64,000 nt of DNA from Candidatus Latescibacterota bacterium (GCA_965222075.1 OZ244937.1:2656001-2720000); one strand, 5' to 3'; numbered from the stretch's first letter, positions 52,944-63,045 are shown. Notes: generated by a model from the letters alone, not told the origin. Translations and numbers: made by a program.

Positions 52944-54557
52944 TTAAAACCCGACCTTTGCAAACCGCTTCCGTAAACGGCCGCGGACCAGGATCGCAGT
53001 CAGATTCAGGGCCAGAACAATAGCCACCAGCAGCAGCGTGGTCGTATAGACCATCGGCCGGGCCGCCTCCACGTTGGGCGACTGGAACCCCACATCGTAG
53101 ATGTGAAACCCTAAGTGCATAAACTTCCGGTCTAAGTGGAAAAACGGCCAGTGCCCGTCCAGCGGCAGCGACGGCGCCAGCTTGACCACCCCCGTAATCA
53201 TCAGTGGGGCCACCTCTCCCGCCCCGCGCGCGATCACCAGGATCATCCCCGTCAAAATGCCCGGTAGCGCGCCGGGTAGCAGCACACGCCAGATTGTCTG
53301 AAACTTCGTCGCCCCAAGCGCCAGCGACCCCTCCCGCACCTCGCCGGGCACGGCCGCCAGCGCCTCCTCTGCGGCCACAATCATCACCGGCACCGTCAAA
53401 AGCGCCAGGGTCAGCGACGCCCAGAAGATCCCCCCTGTGCCGAACGTCGGCGTCGGCAGCGCCTCCGGATAGAACAGCTGGTCGATGCTCCCCCCCACCC
53501 CGTATACGAAGAAACCGAGCCCGAACATCCCAAACACAATCGAAGGCACCCCTGCCAGATTGTTCACTGCAATCCGGACCACCCGCACCAGCGGCCCCTG
53601 CCTGGCGTACTCCCGCAGGTAAAGCGCCGCCAGTACCCCGAAGGGCACAGCCGCTAAGCTCATCAGAAACACCATCATCACCGTCCCGAAGATCGCCGGG
53701 AAAACTCCGCCCTCCGTGTTCGACTCCCTCGGCTCGTCCGCCAAGAACTCCCACACCCGGGAGAAGTAGACCTTCAGCTTCCCTGTCGTGCCCAGCCGGT
53801 TGGGACGGTAGGCCCGGACGATATCGGCCACGGCCACCCGCCGCACCTCCCCTCCGGCCAGGGCGACCTCCACCTGGTAGGTCTCACCCTCTGCACGCAG
53901 CCGGGACAGCTTCTGGGCCAGGCGCTCGTAGCGTGTCCAGTACTGCCGGTTCTCTTCGTCTAAGCGTTCGATCTCCGCCTCTCCGCGCCCGGCCAGTTCC
54001 AGCCTGCGCTTCTCCAACCGGAGTTGCTCGATCCGGCGGTTCAGGTTTCCGATGGCGTCCTCCTCGATCTCCCGGATCTGCGCCCGGATCCGTCCGGTCA
54101 CCCGCAGCCCCCCCTGCATGGCGGCCCACCCGACTTCAGGCCCCTCGGCCAGGATCTGCTCACCCTCGTACACCCCCCGGAGAAACCCGAACATCTGGCC
54201 CCATTCGCGCCGTTCAAAGATCACCGCATTGCGCGGGGTTTCACGCGCTTCAATCCGGTCCTCGTCGATCCACCGGAAATCGTCCCCGTACACATCCCGG
54301 TTGCCCACCTTGACCTGCGTTCGATATTCGGCCTGAGCCTTCCCGTCCTGCGTCGGGATCTCCTGCCGGTCCCACACCTGGCCCATCATAGCCGTTCCGT
54401 CCGCCAGGCCGAAGGCCACCAGATTGCCCGGCCAGAAAAACCCGAGCCCGTTGTAGACCACCACCCCCACCAAGCCCGCGACCATCAACAGACAGAAGGC
54501 AAGCGCCCCGCCGGTAAGCCAGATAAACGGCTCACCCGATCTCCAGAACCTGTTCAT
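52944..54557 (-). CDS. pstA: Phosphate ABC permease PstA, long form
   Basis: [32 protein letters not shown]; large periplasmic insert. Confidence 0.95.
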   Translation of the reverse strand: MNRFWRSGEPFIWLTGGALAFCLLMVAGLVGVVVYNGLGFFWPGNLVAFGLADGTAMMGQVWDRQEIPTQDGKAQAEYRTQVKVGNRDVYGDDFRWIDEDRIEARETPRNAVIFERREWGQMFGFLRGVYEGEQILAEGPEVGWAAMQGGLRVTGRIRAQIREIEEDAIGNLNRRIEQLRLEKRRLELAGRGEAEIERLDEENRQYWTRYERLAQKLSRLRAEGETYQVEVALAGGEVRRVAVADIVRAYRPNRLGTTGKLKVYFSRVWEFLADEPRESNTEGGVFPAIFGTVMMVFLMSLAAVPFGVLAALYLREYARQGPLVRVVRIAVNNLAGVPSIVFGMFGLGFFVYGVGGSIDQLFYPEALPTPTFGTGGIFWASLTLALLTVPVMIVAAEEALAAVPGEVREGSLALGATKFQTIWRVLLPGALPGILTGMILVIARGAGEVAPLMITGVVKLAPSLPLDGHWPFFHLDRKFMHLGFHIYDVGFQSPNVEAARPMVYTTTLLLVAIVLALNLTAILVRGRLRKRFAKVGF

Positions 54558-56824
54558 ATCCGACTGTACCTCTCCCGCAGCCGCTGCCGAACAATCTCGG
54601 CCGCGGTATTCACCAGAAACGTCACACCCGCCAGCAGCAGGCCGGTCAAAAACAGCACCCGGTAGAGCGTGCCCTCGTGGGGAGCCTCTGGAATCTCCAC
54701 TGCAATATTTGCCGACAGCGTACGCATCCCGTTGAAGATGCTCCAGTCCATAATCGGGGTATTCCCCGTCGCCATCAGCACAATCATCGTCTCCCCCACC
54801 GCCCGTCCAAAGCCGATCATCGCCGCTGAAAAGATCCCGGGGCTGGCCGTGGGCAGCACCACCCGCAGCGCCGTCTGCCAGGGCGTGGCCCCCAGCGCAA
54901 GCGACCCGCCCCGCAGGTGGGACGGCACGCTTGAAAGCGCATCCTCGCAGATCGTATAGATAATCGGCACCACCGCGAACCCCATCGCAAACCCCACCAC
55001 CAAGCAGTTGCGCTGATCGTAGCGGGTGTCCGACGTCTGCATCAGCCAGCGCTGGAAATTTCCGCCGAAAAGGGCGCGCTCCACCTCCGGTCCCAGCACA
55101 AAGGCGAGCCAGGCCGCCAGCGCCGTCACCGGCACCAGGAGATAGATCTCCCCCTGGTCGGGCAGCCAGCGCACGGCCCGCCTGGGAAGCCGTTTAAAGA
55201 CCCAGGCGGCCAGCACCACCACCGCCGGCACGGCCGGAAACAGGAGCAGCGCGCCCACGGCCCCCCGTTCCAGGAGGGGAGCCATCCAGAGCCCGGCCAA
55301 GAACCCTAAGATCACACTGGGCAGCGAAGCCATCAACTCCACCGTCGGCTTTACCGCGTTCCGGATCTCCGGACGAGCGAACTCCGACGTGTAGATAGCG
55401 GCCAGAACCGCTAAAGGCAGAGCGAACAGCATCGCATAAAACGTCCCCTTGGCCGTACCGAAGGCCAGCGGAACGATGCCCAGCTTCGGCTCGAATTCGT
55501 CCGTCCCGCCCGTGGACTGCCACACGTGCGCCGGTCCTTCATACCCCTCGTACCAGACCTCGCCGAAGAGCGTCTTCAGCGTCACCTCCGGGTGCGGATT
55601 GTGCAGGCGGTAGTGCACCAGCCGCCCGCCTCCGTCTAATCCCAAAAACCCGTCGGCCTTGGGGGCAAAGACCACTGCCGAAATTCCGGCCCCGCCCGCA
55701 GACATCCGGAAGAAGGTCTGTTCCGAAGTCATGTGGTGCAGCGCCAGGTTCCCCTCCGTATCCCCCGTCAAAAACTGTTTGTCCCGCTCGGACGGGGCGA
55801 TCGCCGTCACCGCCCCCTGGTGGGGCTCAAACGCGTGGATCTTTTGATATCCCTGAAAACCGGGACGCCCCGACTGCCGCACCGGAAACCAGGTGCTCAC
55901 CCGCCCCGCCCCATCTCCCACCGCCACCGACACATCCCCCAAGAGGAACTCAAGCGCCGTAATCGCCTGCCCTTCCTCAGCCGCCTGGAAGCGCTGCGTC
56001 CGCTGTGGACGCGTTGGGGGGTCGGAAACATCAAAGCGGAAGATCTCACCCCGGTCCGTCCCTGCCAGCACAGTCTGCCCGCGCCCGTCGGTCAACACCG
56101 CTGTCGGACGTCCCGCGATATCTTCCGTCAGATCGTATACAAACACCTCCCGTCTGCCGCCTCCCAGCAGCCCCCGCTTCTGCACAACCGCCGCGGTCAC
56201 CAGCCGCCCCGAAGCCGTGACCCCAACCACCGTCGCCCGCCTCGCCCCGTCGTTCCGGTAAGCCACCCTCACAACCGCCTCGCCCCCACCGTCCAGCCGG
56301 ACCTCCCCCTCAACGGACAGCTCCGGCGTCACGATTCGCTCGCCTCCCGTGTAGCCTACCGAAAAGGTCACCCGAGCCGCAACCACGCTCCCCTCGTCGG
56401 TTCCCAGCCCCAGGTACCCGTCCACAGGAGACCGGTAGACCGAAACGATCCGGCGTCCGGCAAGCGCCTCGGGCCGTTCCTGCCGGAGCACCGCCCCGCT
56501 TGCCAGATCGACAAAATCGATCCCCTCCGCACGCACCACGTAGCCCACCTCCCGATAGGGACCGGCGCCCACGGCCAGGGCCTGCCCGCCGCCGGAGGCG
56601 TCCCACGTCCCGACCGCTTCGGCCTCCGGACTCAGGAAAAGCGGATAGGCCTCCCGCAGCACAAACACAAAAATTCCCAGCACCACCGCAATCACCCCGA
56701 TCCCGCCCACCGCAATCACCCACCGCCCTACCCGGTCCATCAGCCGTGCGGTCGGCGTGATCCCCGGCAGCGACCGAATCTCTGCATTCAGATCGGTCTT
56801 CTCTTCAACGTCGGGATGTGCCAT
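54554..56824 (-). CDS. pstC: Phosphate ABC permease PstC, long form with a beta-propeller-like domain
   Basis: KPTVELMASLPSV, SLALGATPWQT, GRAVGETM; WD40-like repeats upstream. Confidence 0.93.
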   Translation of the reverse strand: MAHPDVEEKTDLNAEIRSLPGITPTARLMDRVGRWVIAVGGIGVIAVVLGIFVFVLREAYPLFLSPEAEAVGTWDASGGGQALAVGAGPYREVGYVVRAEGIDFVDLASGAVLRQERPEALAGRRIVSVYRSPVDGYLGLGTDEGSVVAARVTFSVGYTGGERIVTPELSVEGEVRLDGGGEAVVRVAYRNDGARRATVVGVTASGRLVTAAVVQKRGLLGGGRREVFVYDLTEDIAGRPTAVLTDGRGQTVLAGTDRGEIFRFDVSDPPTRPQRTQRFQAAEEGQAITALEFLLGDVSVAVGDGAGRVSTWFPVRQSGRPGFQGYQKIHAFEPHQGAVTAIAPSERDKQFLTGDTEGNLALHHMTSEQTFFRMSAGGAGISAVVFAPKADGFLGLDGGGRLVHYRLHNPHPEVTLKTLFGEVWYEGYEGPAHVWQSTGGTDEFEPKLGIVPLAFGTAKGTFYAMLFALPLAVLAAIYTSEFARPEIRNAVKPTVELMASLPSVILGFLAGLWMAPLLERGAVGALLLFPAVPAVVVLAAWVFKRLPRRAVRWLPDQGEIYLLVPVTALAAWLAFVLGPEVERALFGGNFQRWLMQTSDTRYDQRNCLVVGFAMGFAVVPIIYTICEDALSSVPSHLRGGSLALGATPWQTALRVVLPTASPGIFSAAMIGFGRAVGETMIVLMATGNTPIMDWSIFNGMRTLSANIAVEIPEAPHEGTLYRVLFLTGLLLAGVTFLVNTAAEIVRQRLRERYSRI

Positions 56825-56869
56825 GTGACCATCCTGAAAAACAGCCGGGGGCTACCCGGCGGATCGTCC

Positions 56870-57841
56870 CTACTCGATTTTCGCCAGCTCCTCTTTTACC
56901 ACTTCGTACGGCACCGGCATATACCCATCCTTGATCACGACCTCCTGCCCCTCTTTGGAAAAGATAAACCGGCAGAACTCCCGCACCATCGGATCCAGCG
57001 GCTTTTCCGGCGCCTTGTTGATGTAGATATAGAGGAATCGTCCCAGCGGATAGGAACCGTCCAGCACGTTCTCCATTGTACCCTCACGGTAGGGCTGACC
57101 TTTCTCCCCCGCCAGAGGCAACACGCGCACCCCCGAGGTCTTGTACCCAATGCCGCTGTACCCGATGCCGTACCGGTCTTCCGTGATGCCCTGAACCACC
57201 GACGCCGATCCCGGCTGCTCCTTCACCTCATCCTTGTAGTCTCCCTTAAACAGGGCGTTCTTCTTGAAAAACCCGTACGTGCCGGACGCCGAATTCCGCC
57301 CATACAGACTGATAGAGGCCAGCTTCCACTCCCCCCCCAGCCCCAGGCCACCCCACCGGGTGATATCTTCCGGATACCCACCCCTTCGGGTCTTGGAAAA
57401 GATCGCGTCCACCTGGGGTAGCAACAGCCCTTCGATCGGGTTGTCCTTATTCACGAACACTGCCAGAGCGTCCAGCGATGTCCTCAGAGTCGTGGGGGTG
57501 TACCCGAACCGCTTCTCGAACTTATCGCTCTCCGTCGCCTTCATCGAGCGCGACATCGGACCGAACTGCGCCGTCCCTTCAATCAACGCCGGGGGCACCG
57601 TGCTCGACCCCTTCCCCTCAATCTGGATCCGCACGCTCGGATAGTACTTCCGAAACCTCTCCAGCCAGAGCGCCATCAGGTTGTTCATCGTATCCGACCC
57701 GATGCTGCTGGCGCTTCCCGAAATCCCGCTCACCTTCTGATACAGTGGAATCCGAGAGTCCACCTTCAACGTCTGCCCCAGGGCCGTTCCGTCGACCATC
57801 ATACCCAGGACCGCCAGGACAATTGCAACACCCCTTGCCAT
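56870..57841 (-). CDS. pstS: Phosphate-binding periplasmic protein
   Basis: GSDT, GKGSST, GRNSASGT, YPLGR; start set at MARGV. Confidence 0.95.
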   Translation of the reverse strand: MARGVAIVLAVLGMMVDGTALGQTLKVDSRIPLYQKVSGISGSASSIGSDTMNNLMALWLERFRKYYPSVRIQIEGKGSSTVPPALIEGTAQFGPMSRSMKATESDKFEKRFGYTPTTLRTSLDALAVFVNKDNPIEGLLLPQVDAIFSKTRRGGYPEDITRWGGLGLGGEWKLASISLYGRNSASGTYGFFKKNALFKGDYKDEVKEQPGSASVVQGITEDRYGIGYSGIGYKTSGVRVLPLAGEKGQPYREGTMENVLDGSYPLGRFLYIYINKAPEKPLDPMVREFCRFIFSKEGQEVVIKDGYMPVPYEVVKEELAKIE

Positions 57842-57938
57842 CAGATCTCCCCCCTGAAAAGAGCCTCCGTTGACAGAACGCCCGTGGGCGTTTCTTATCA
57901 TACGTTCCTTTCCGTTTTCTTCAACATAATCCGATAAG

Positions 57939-58082
57939 CAATGGTGTGAACACCTTTGCTTATCGGGGCCGAAATCTGGTCCTGTGGAATTTGTAGGGAT
58001 TTGTTTCGATAACTTGCAAATCCCAAATCCAATTTGCATAACTATAAGTTTTTAAAGATTTAAAAACCTGTTCACGTTATTG
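57939..58082. mobile_element. MITE-like element sharing ends with the nearby IS remnant
   Basis: CAATGGTGTGAACA...TGTTCACGTTATTG; the IS end at 58465 is CAATAGTGTGAACA; no perfect target duplication. Confidence 0.55.
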
Positions 58083-58558
58083 ATAGTGGCAATTTCCTCC
58101 CGATACAAGAATCGTTAACGCTGCTGGTATGATGGGAAAAGCTCGAGAAGTCTCGTCGGTCAACTCTGTCATCATCAACTCTTGCCGACTATTGCTTTTT
58201 TCACGCTTTTGTCCTGTGTAAAGTTTCAAAAAAAACTGGCTGCTCCATAACTCTTTATATTATAGAAACTTAAATTTTTGAGCGAAAACGCGAGCAATCA
58301 GTCGCCTATGGTGCGGATGATGCGTCCCTGCTGGTCAACCACGTAAATCGGCTCCCGCCTGAGACCGACGCCGCACAACAGCTTCGGCTACGCCGGAGTG
58401 GACGGCGCCAGACGCCCCATCAGGCGCCCTTCTTTTTTGGCCTTTTTCTTGGGCGAGCAAGAAACAATAGTGTGAACAATTTTAGGCAGCAATTTTGCCA
58501 TATTCTCTGAGCATTTGGTATTCGGGTCGTTTTTTTATCCAAGTTGGGTCCAAACCGA

Positions 58559-58585
58559 CTTGCCTGCGCGCAGCGCGCAAGCAGG
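58559..58585. repeat. 27-bp palindromic micro-insertion, copy 3 (in frame)
   Basis: CTTGCCTGCGCGCAGCGCGCAAGCAGG; removal restores RIIRIFGLDP. Confidence 0.8.
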
Positions 58586-58772
58586 AGATGCGAATAATTC
58601 GATCCAGGTAATGTTGATTGAAATAGAGTGCTTTAACACTGGCCATTGAACAGATGACCGATTGGTCGTTTTCCTGGGTCAGTGTAAGTTCAGCTTTGGC
58701 CAGATTCAGTGTGGTCAAAGACGCGTTGAAGTGAAAGTCCAACCGTTTTTGGTCTCGTGCCTGGCAGTCACA

Positions 58773-58799
58773 CCTGCCTGTGCGGTGCACGCAGACAGG
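58773..58799. repeat. 27-bp palindromic micro-insertion, copy 4 (in frame)
   Basis: CCTGCCTGTGCGGTGCACGCAGACAGG; removal restores KQFTGLCDCQAR. Confidence 0.85.
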
Positions 58800-59000
58800 T
58801 AAGCCGGTAAACTGTTTGGCATCGCGGAAGAGGAACTCGATTTGGAACCTGAGTTTGTAATAAGCAGTCACGCATGAGTTTTTTCGTATAATGGGGCTTC
58901 GGAAATCGTATATTAGAGAGCCGAAAAGAGCCTCCGTTGACAGAACGCCCGTGGGCATTTCATACGTTCTTTTCCGTTTTCTTCAACATAATCCGATAAG

Positions 59001-59018
59001 GTTACAATTGTGTGACAA
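59001..59018 (-). promoter_or_regulatory. Candidate PHO box
   Basis: TTGTCACACAATTGTAAC, two half-sites with 11-bp period, between the divergent pstS and ppx. Confidence 0.55.
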
Positions 59019-59143
59019 AACCCAAAAAATCCGACAAGATCAAAACTTGTAGTAGACCGTCACCCTCGGAATCACCTCTGCATCCACCCCTGAAGCGATG
59101 ATGAGGCATTTGATCAGGAAAAAAAAGAGAGAAAGGGAATCGA

Positions 59144-60724
59144 ATGGCACCCTCGCCGGCGCCCTCCGACGCCCAAATCGTCGCCTTCATCGACATGGGC
59201 ACCAACTCCATCCGTCTCCTGCTGGTGCGGATCAATCCGAACCACTCCTATACCGTTCTCACACAGCTTAAACAGACGGTGCGGCTTGGCGAGGGTGAGT
59301 TCGCAGAACACGTGCTCCAGCCAGAAGCGATGGACCGCGCCGTGCTGGTCGTCCAGAAATTTTCCAACCTGGCGCGGTCCTACGGCGCGGATGAGATCGT
59401 TGCTGCGGCAACCGCCGCTACTCGCGAAGCGGAAAACCAGGACGAATTTGTGGACCGTCTGTGGCGGGAGGCCCGGATCGACATGCGTGTGGTATCGGGG
59501 CTGGAAGAGGCCCGTCTCATCTACCTCGGCGTCTCCAGCGGCGTGCACTTAGAGGATCAGCAGGCGCTGTTGATCGACATCGGCGGCGGCAGCACCGAGA
59601 TCATCGTCGGCTCCCAGCAGCAACACCACTACCTCGACTCCCTCAAACTGGGCGCCATCCGACTGACCCTGCTCTTCCTTCCCGATGAACAGGGCCCTGT
59701 CGCGCCTTCCCAGTACGAACTGATCCAGCGCTATGTGCGCCACTACGCGGTGGCCTCCGTCCGCCAGGCGTCCAAACATCGAATCGACCTGGGCATCGGG
59801 AGCTCCGGCACCGTCGAAAACCTTGCGAACGTTACAATGCGCATGGTCTGCAAACGGCGCCTGCAGCGAGGCGATGTCCTGTCGCACACGCACCTCAAGC
59901 AGGCCGTAGAAATGCTCTGTTCGCTCCCGCTTGAAGCGCGGCGAAAGGTCCCGGGCCTCAACCCGGAGCGTGCGGACATCATCGTTCCGGGCGCGGCGAT
60001 TCTGGATACGCTTATGGACGAACTGAAGCTGCCCGAAATCCGGATCACCGACCGGGGGCTTCGCGACGGCCTGCTTGTCGACTATCTCTTAAAAAAGGGT
60101 CACGCACCCCTGCTGGCAGACGTGTCCGTCCGCGAGCGGAGCATCCTGCAATTGGGGCGCACCTGCAACTTCGACGAGGCCCACGGCCGAACCGCCGCCC
60201 ACCTGGCGCTGGAGTTGTTTGACAGCGCCCGTGGTGTCAAGCTGCACAGCCTCGGCAGTTGGGAACGCGAACTCCTGAAATATGCGGCGCTTCTGCACGA
60301 CATCGGCGGGTTCCTCACCTATAGCAACCACCAGGCGCACACCTACTACCTCATCCGAAACGCCGACCTGCTCGGCTTTGACCAGACGGAGGTCTCCATT
60401 GTTGCGTCAACCGCCTTCTACCACCGCAAGGCGCTCCCGCGCAAGAAGCACCCCGAGTTCGCCGCCCTGGACAAACGGTCGCGAAAGATCGTGCTGGTGT
60501 TGTGTGTCCTGCTGCGCATCGCGGAAAACCTTGACCGCAGCCACGCCGGCCTGGTGCACCATGCGCGCCTGTGCGCTGCCGATCAAAAGCAGGTCACCTT
60601 ACAAATCGACACCGGACACGACTGCCAGGTTGAAATATGGGGCATCCAGAACCACCTGGACGCCTTCGAGAAGGTATTTGGACGGAAGCTGAAGATCGAG
60701 GTGGCAGAACCGGAGGATTCTTGA
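59144..60724 (+). CDS. ppx: Exopolyphosphatase Ppx/GppA with HD domain
   Basis: IDMGTNSIRL, EEARL, DIGGGSTE, RADII, GLRDG, LLHDIG. Confidence 0.95.
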   Translation: MAPSPAPSDAQIVAFIDMGTNSIRLLLVRINPNHSYTVLTQLKQTVRLGEGEFAEHVLQPEAMDRAVLVVQKFSNLARSYGADEIVAAATAATREAENQDEFVDRLWREARIDMRVVSGLEEARLIYLGVSSGVHLEDQQALLIDIGGGSTEIIVGSQQQHHYLDSLKLGAIRLTLLFLPDEQGPVAPSQYELIQRYVRHYAVASVRQASKHRIDLGIGSSGTVENLANVTMRMVCKRRLQRGDVLSHTHLKQAVEMLCSLPLEARRKVPGLNPERADIIVPGAAILDTLMDELKLPEIRITDRGLRDGLLVDYLLKKGHAPLLADVSVRERSILQLGRTCNFDEAHGRTAAHLALELFDSARGVKLHSLGSWERELLKYAALLHDIGGFLTYSNHQAHTYYLIRNADLLGFDQTEVSIVASTAFYHRKALPRKKHPEFAALDKRSRKIVLVLCVLLRIAENLDRSHAGLVHHARLCAADQKQVTLQIDTGHDCQVEIWGIQNHLDAFEKVFGRKLKIEVAEPEDS

Positions 60725-60867
60725 ACCGCAGAGGGGGATCAATTGAAAACTGAAGCCTGTAAAACCCTGCACACGCTTTTGAATTGACTTACCCCCCTTT
60801 CCACCTTATCTTTCAAATTCGTATCGCGTGTCGAAAAGAAATCTCCCTCATTCAAACGGAGTCACCG

Positions 60868-63012
60868 ATGGACCTCAACGATCCCCAGCTCTATACCAAC
60901 CGGGAACTCTCCTGGCTCAGCTTCAACGAGCGCGTGCTTCAGGAAGCCCAGGATCCCAACAATCCCCTCCTGGAACGCGTCAGGTTTCTCGCCCATGTGG
61001 CGAACAACTTAGATGAGTTCTTCGAGGTTCGCGTCGCCGGCCTGCTGCAGCAGATGGAAGCAGGTGTATCAGAATCCGGTCCGGACGGCATGCTCCCCGA
61101 AGAACAGCTTCAGGCCATTTCCAGGGAGGCCCACCGCCTGGTAGACGAACAGTATGCTTTCTGGAACGAGGAACTGCTTCCGGCCCTGCATGAGGCCGAC
61201 GTTCACATCCGTTGTCTGGACAGCGTGTCCGATTCTGAGCGGACATTTATCCAGGACTACTGCAAACGGGAACTCCACCCCGTGCTGACCCCACTTACGG
61301 TGAGTCCGGCGCACCCCTTTCCATCGGTTGTCAACAAGGCCCTCTGCCTGGCTGTACTCCTGAAAAGCAAAGAAAACGAAACCCTCTTTGGGGTCGTCAC
61401 GGTCCCCCGCATCCTCCCCCGTCTCATCCGGCTGCCCAGGGAGGGGGAGGGACGGCGTGTGGACTACGTCTTCTTAGCTGACCTGGTCCGGGCGCACCTC
61501 CCGGAGCTCTTCCGGGGCTACCGGATCATGGGCACGGCCGCCTTTCGGGCTACCCGGAACAGCGACCTCTACCTGGACGAAGAAGAGGCCGAGGACCTCC
61601 TGCTGGCCATCGAAGACGAACTGAAGCACCGACGCAAAGGAGACACGGTCAGGCTGGAGATCGATGCCAGCGCGCCCGAAAAAATCGTACAGCGCCTCAA
61701 GATGATCTACAATTTGGGGAAGGACCAGGTCTATCGGGTGCACGGGCCGGTGAACTTGAACCGGCTGATGATGCTCTACAGCGACACCCCCCGCCCGGAC
61801 CTGAAGTACCCGCCCTACCAGCCGGTCGAACCTCCCCTCGGTAAAACCTTAGAGCACCTCTTTGCGCAGATCCGGCAGCGGGACATCCTGCTGCACCACC
61901 CCTACGATTCCTTCAACGCCGTCGTGCAGTTTGTAACCGCAGCGGCCGAAGACGCAAAGGTGCTGGCCATCAAGCAGACCCTCTACCGGACCAGTGAAGA
62001 GTCGCCGATCATGGAGGCGCTCATCAAGGCCGCAGAAGCGGGCAAGGAAGTGACGGTCGTGGTTGAACTGAAGGCCCGTTTCGACGAGGCCTCCAACATC
62101 CGGTGGGCCCGGCAGCTTCAGGATGCGGGCGTATGCGTGGTCTACGGCGTGGTGGGGCTCAAAACCCACTGCAAGCTCTTGCTGCTGGTCCGCCAGGAGG
62201 CCGACGGCCTCCGGCGCTACGCCCACATCGGCACAGGAAATTACAATCCCGCTACGGCCCGGGGGTATACCGACCTGGGCCTGATGACCGCCAGGGAGGA
62301 CATCACTGCCGACGCGGCGGAGGTCTTCAACCTCCTCACCACCCAGTCGCCCCACCCCCAGGTCAAGAAATTCCTGGTGGCGCCCTTTACCATGCTGGAT
62401 CAGATGCTGGAAAAGATCGACCGTGAGATCGAACACGCCAGGGCCGGCCGGCCCGCCCACATCTGGGGCAAGATGAACGCCCTGGAGGATCCGAAAGTCA
62501 TTCACGCCCTTTACGAGGCGTCTCAAAACGGCGTTGAGATCGATCTGATTGTTCGCGGCATCTGCTGCCTCCGCCCGGGGATTCAAGGGGTGAGCGACCG
62601 AATCCGTATCCGGAGCATCGTGGGGCGCTATTTAGAGCACAGCCGCATCTACTCCTTTGAAAACGGAGGCAGTTCGGAGGTCTACATCGGCAGCGCCGAC
62701 TGGATGCCGCGCAACCTCCGGCGGCGGGTGGAGGTCCTCTGCCCGGTGGAAGATCCGGAACTTGCCCGGAGGCTGAGGTCTCAGATCCTTTCCGCCTGTC
62801 TGGTTGACACGGTGAAGGCCAGAGAACTCCTGTCCGACGGCTCCCACCGACGGATAGCCTCTTCCGATGGGCTGCCTTCCCTCTCCGGACAGGATGCCCT
62901 GATGGCGCTGGCCCGGGGAGAGCCGGTCGATATTCCGGACCTCTTCTCCCCGTTCGATCCGTCAGCCCGGCAGGCCGCTTCCAGGGGTAACGGCTTCGTC
63001 GTTGAAAAATAA
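60868..63012 (+). CDS. ppk1: Polyphosphate kinase 1
   Basis: NRELSWL.FN.RVL, LHHPY, ELKARFDE, KTHCK, GRYLEHSR, SADWM.RN. Confidence 0.97.
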   Translation: MDLNDPQLYTNRELSWLSFNERVLQEAQDPNNPLLERVRFLAHVANNLDEFFEVRVAGLLQQMEAGVSESGPDGMLPEEQLQAISREAHRLVDEQYAFWNEELLPALHEADVHIRCLDSVSDSERTFIQDYCKRELHPVLTPLTVSPAHPFPSVVNKALCLAVLLKSKENETLFGVVTVPRILPRLIRLPREGEGRRVDYVFLADLVRAHLPELFRGYRIMGTAAFRATRNSDLYLDEEEAEDLLLAIEDELKHRRKGDTVRLEIDASAPEKIVQRLKMIYNLGKDQVYRVHGPVNLNRLMMLYSDTPRPDLKYPPYQPVEPPLGKTLEHLFAQIRQRDILLHHPYDSFNAVVQFVTAAAEDAKVLAIKQTLYRTSEESPIMEALIKAAEAGKEVTVVVELKARFDEASNIRWARQLQDAGVCVVYGVVGLKTHCKLLLLVRQEADGLRRYAHIGTGNYNPATARGYTDLGLMTAREDITADAAEVFNLLTTQSPHPQVKKFLVAPFTMLDQMLEKIDREIEHARAGRPAHIWGKMNALEDPKVIHALYEASQNGVEIDLIVRGICCLRPGIQGVSDRIRIRSIVGRYLEHSRIYSFENGGSSEVYIGSADWMPRNLRRRVEVLCPVEDPELARRLRSQILSACLVDTVKARELLSDGSHRRIASSDGLPSLSGQDALMALARGEPVDIPDLFSPFDPSARQAASRGNGFVVEK

Positions 63013-63045
63013 AAAACCGGGCTGTCGCCTTCCGACAGCCCGGTT
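63011..63045 (-). terminator. Terminator between convergent ppk1 and phoR
   Basis: AACCGGGCTGTCG/CGACAGCCCGGTT stem; U tract on the minus strand. Confidence 0.85.

Larger units (their letters stand above)
58465..58870 (-). pseudogene. DDE transposase C-terminal remnant (IS4/IS701-like) with right end
   Basis: YKLRFQIEFLFRDAKQFTGL..CQAR (Y-x2-R-x3-E-x6-K signature); terminal repeat follows the stop. Confidence 0.85.
57856..59000. repeat. About 80-bp direct repeat (57856-57938 and 58923-59000) of the pstS upstream region
   Basis: GAAAAGAGCCTCCGTTGACAGAACGCCCGTGGGC...CTTCAACATAATCCGATAAG in both copies, with a small indel. Confidence 0.9.

Noticed and set aside
52102-53754. 550-aa ORF suggesting an extended or fused PstB
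   Set aside because: The N-terminal half is an alternative frame of pstA; the real start with an SD is at 52923.
58380-58464. REP/MITE-like fragment beside the IS end
   Set aside because: Single partial copy with undefinable boundaries.
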